A stretch of 51,118 nucleotides of DNA from Girardia tigrina (lineage: Eukaryota), in NCBI GenBank assembly GCA_001938485.1, contig MQRK01239597.1:34159-85276 (forward strand). Direction: 5' to 3'. Position numbers and translations under genes: made by a program. How positions within the stretch are numbered: position 1 is the first letter of the stretch; the number at the start of each line of letters is the position of its first letter. This document shows, piece by piece, positions 48,864 to 51,118 of the stretch. The notes under the pieces are model-generated. The model was not told the origin of the DNA, ran no database searches, and saw only the letters and a list, made by a program, of their open reading frames with translations.

Positions 48864-50745
48864 TGTGAGGAATATTTTGAATATTTTGAATGTTTTGTGT
48901 TTGAATGTGTATGTTGATTTGGAAATATGTATCTCCTACCCAGATGGATGATTAATATTTGAATTCTTATTATCTAAAAATATGTCATGTTAAAATTTAT
49001 TTTTAATTTCAAATAATTTTAAAATTTTAAATAAGTTACACCAAAGCCCCTATGCGTCTAATCGCTTTTGCGTCGATTGATTTTTTGCCATATAAAATTA
49101 TAGGTAGATATATTGTAATAGTCTTTCTGATCAATATTACCACATATTCGTTATGCGTCGAAACTCATTTAGCGTCTCAACTTTCTCAACCGAATAGAGA
49201 CGCAAAGCGGGGATTTGGTGTAATCAATTTTTACAATTTTTAATAAATAAATCAAATTAATATTTTTTAAATAATTCATTATTATTTTAATTATTATCCA
49301 ATAAGTTTTGAGTAAATATTTTAATAAAATATTTATTTATCCATTTGCTAAAAAAATAATAAGAATTAATTCATTAATCAATTTTGTTTAGAATGCAATA
49401 GTACGAAAGTTTTGACAAAGATTGTCTTAAGGACAATCAAAATTGTTGTTTAAATAAAAATATGAAAACTCAAACTTGTGTTCTTAATATGGAGACACAC
49501 GACCACGTGACTCCAAATGTCAAAGGTCCAGAAACATTAGACGGATCTGAGACAAAAGTGAAAGCATTTATAAAGAATTTCAACAGATACGCGAAGATAA
49601 TGGTATTTTCGGAGGAAAGGAAAATCCTTTTAATCACGCCATACATGACTCCGGAGGCAATAATTAAATAGGAAACAGCACCCAGTGAAACATGTGAAGA
49701 AAAGTTAAGAGCAGCGTTCTCCAAGGAAAAAACCGTACTAGATTTAATGAAAGAAATTTTAGATTTGAGAATTGGCTCCAGCGATCCCACAATAATATTT
49801 AGAAAGGCAGACGAACTAATCAAGAAATTGGTAGAGAAAAAGTTGGGTATGAAACAACTATCGAATTTAGTATACGCTAATTTGATAGATGATGATGATG
49901 TACAAGAACAAATATCCATTCAAGGTATCACGAAATCTAATGAGATTGAAGAAATACAAACAAGAAGGTTCGAACATAAGAAAAAGAAAAGAAACGAACC
50001 AGTGGCAGCATATAATACAAAAAGAGAAAATTAATGGAAAACAGTGGAAAATAAAAGCAGAACAACAAGACCACGGAATAGAGAAATTCCAGAAGATACA
50101 AGAATAAATTTTAAAGTCAGGTAAATTACTTGTTGGGCATGTCATGAAGAAGGACATGTTAGAAGAGATTGTCCAGATGTGACATGTAATCCTTGCAACA
50201 AAAAAGGACACATAAGAACACAATGATATGAAAACCCGAATAGGTTTAAGGAACGCGAGTAATGCAAACGGGATAATGGAAGAAATCGATGGGAAAATGT
50301 TAGGAAAAATTACTCGAATCAAAGATAGAGAGACCGGCCGACATACACAAATAGGAAATATTCAGTAGCGGAATTGGACGAATTAGATGATGAATTGTAT
50401 GGATGAGATGACTCTTCAAGACAGGGCTATACCAACGAAACCAATAGAAAAGAAGACTCTAAAAGACAGGAATATCCTAGAGGTTACAGAAAATTCAAAG
50501 GTGATCAGAGAAACGAAGATGCACGATCACAAGGAGAGGTGATCAGTGTGCTTCATTAGAAAGTCAATGCAGATGTATGTTTGATTGTACGTATGAATGT
50601 GTGTGTGATTGCATGTTTGATTGTGTGTATGAAAATATTCGTCTATAAATGTGTGAATTAGATAGTTTGAATAAAGAAAATTGTGAAAAATGTGATAGCA
50701 TGAATTTAGAAAAAGAAAGAAAGGAAAGAAATATTACAATATATA
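48864..50745 (+). mobile_element. Gypsy family B relative: 5' LTR (48864-49489), PBS-like site, gag and frameshift region
   Basis: LTR TGTGAGGAATATTTT...TGTTCTTAATA, then TGGAGACACAC. gag has CWACHEEGHVRRDC and CNPCNKKGH knuckles. Its C-terminus NEDARSQGEVISVLH* is homologous to 18040-18089. Confidence 0.9.
49039..49220. mobile_element. MITE (182 bp) inserted in the LTR
   Basis: Imperfect TIRs CACCAAAGCCCCTATGCGTCT / AGACGCAAAGCGGGGATTTGGTG flanked by TA. Absent from the related LTRs. Confidence 0.75.
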
Positions 50746-51118
50746 CAGGGTGGCCGAAAAGTCCCAGGACACTATACATGTATTTTTAATAAAACACAAT
50801 ATTTTTTAATGAAATACACAGAAACATATATATTCAACAAAAAAGAGAACTTTATTAGAAANNNNNNNNNNNNNNNNTAGAGTAATTTAGTGGTCTAGGG
50901 GATCAGTATGTTGGCCCTCATTGTTTTTGCACAATTCCATTCGCCTCCAGGTTCTTTGTGCCATTTTTTTGAGAGAATTCCTTGATACGCTAGCAAAACC
51001 TGCAATAATCGCATGCTTCAGCTGATCAATGGTTTCGTATCTAATACCAGAAACTTGACCTTTAATTAAACCCCATAATGAGTTGTCTGGAGTGGTTAAG
51101 TCGGGGCTTCGTGGTGGC
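50746..51118 (-). mobile_element. Tc1/mariner-superfamily element (rosa/DD41D-like), 3' end, inserted into the Gypsy element
   Basis: TA-CAGGGTGGCCGAAAAGTC TIR. The minus-strand frame 51118-50887 reads PPRSPDLTTPDNSLWGLIKGQV...ELCKNNEGQH*. Confidence 0.85.

Overview
Very AT-rich eukaryotic genomic DNA with several assembly gaps. The 18S rDNA relic, the GPCR type and the transposon repertoire suggest a triclad flatworm (planarian); this is inference. The only clearly intact host gene is an intronless rhodopsin-family peptide-type GPCR (26463-27599). The rest is mostly decayed transposons. There are two minus-strand Ty3/Gypsy elements with ~100-bp AGTT...AACT LTRs, and a second Gypsy family with TG...TA LTRs (two partial elements, two solo LTRs). 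There are also a near-complete mariner, several mariner/Tc1 relics, a hAT element carrying a foreign ORF and a solo LTR, a Zator-like transposase, Penelope-like 3' ends and MITEs. Main unexplained structure: (1) a 1-kb non-coding element with Polinton/Maverick-like ends (AGTAG...CTACT, 6-bp TSD) whose arms carry 21-bp-phased RFX X-box-like palindromes and CCAAT boxes; (2) two distinct -1 ribosomal frameshift cassettes, one a predicted pseudoknot with covarying base pairs; (3) gag frames that open inside the LTR and read through the primer-binding site in three elements; (4) an antisense unknown ORF inside the hAT transposase; (5) an 18S pseudogene with a possibly permuted end. All calls are by eye; no searches or folding programs were run.
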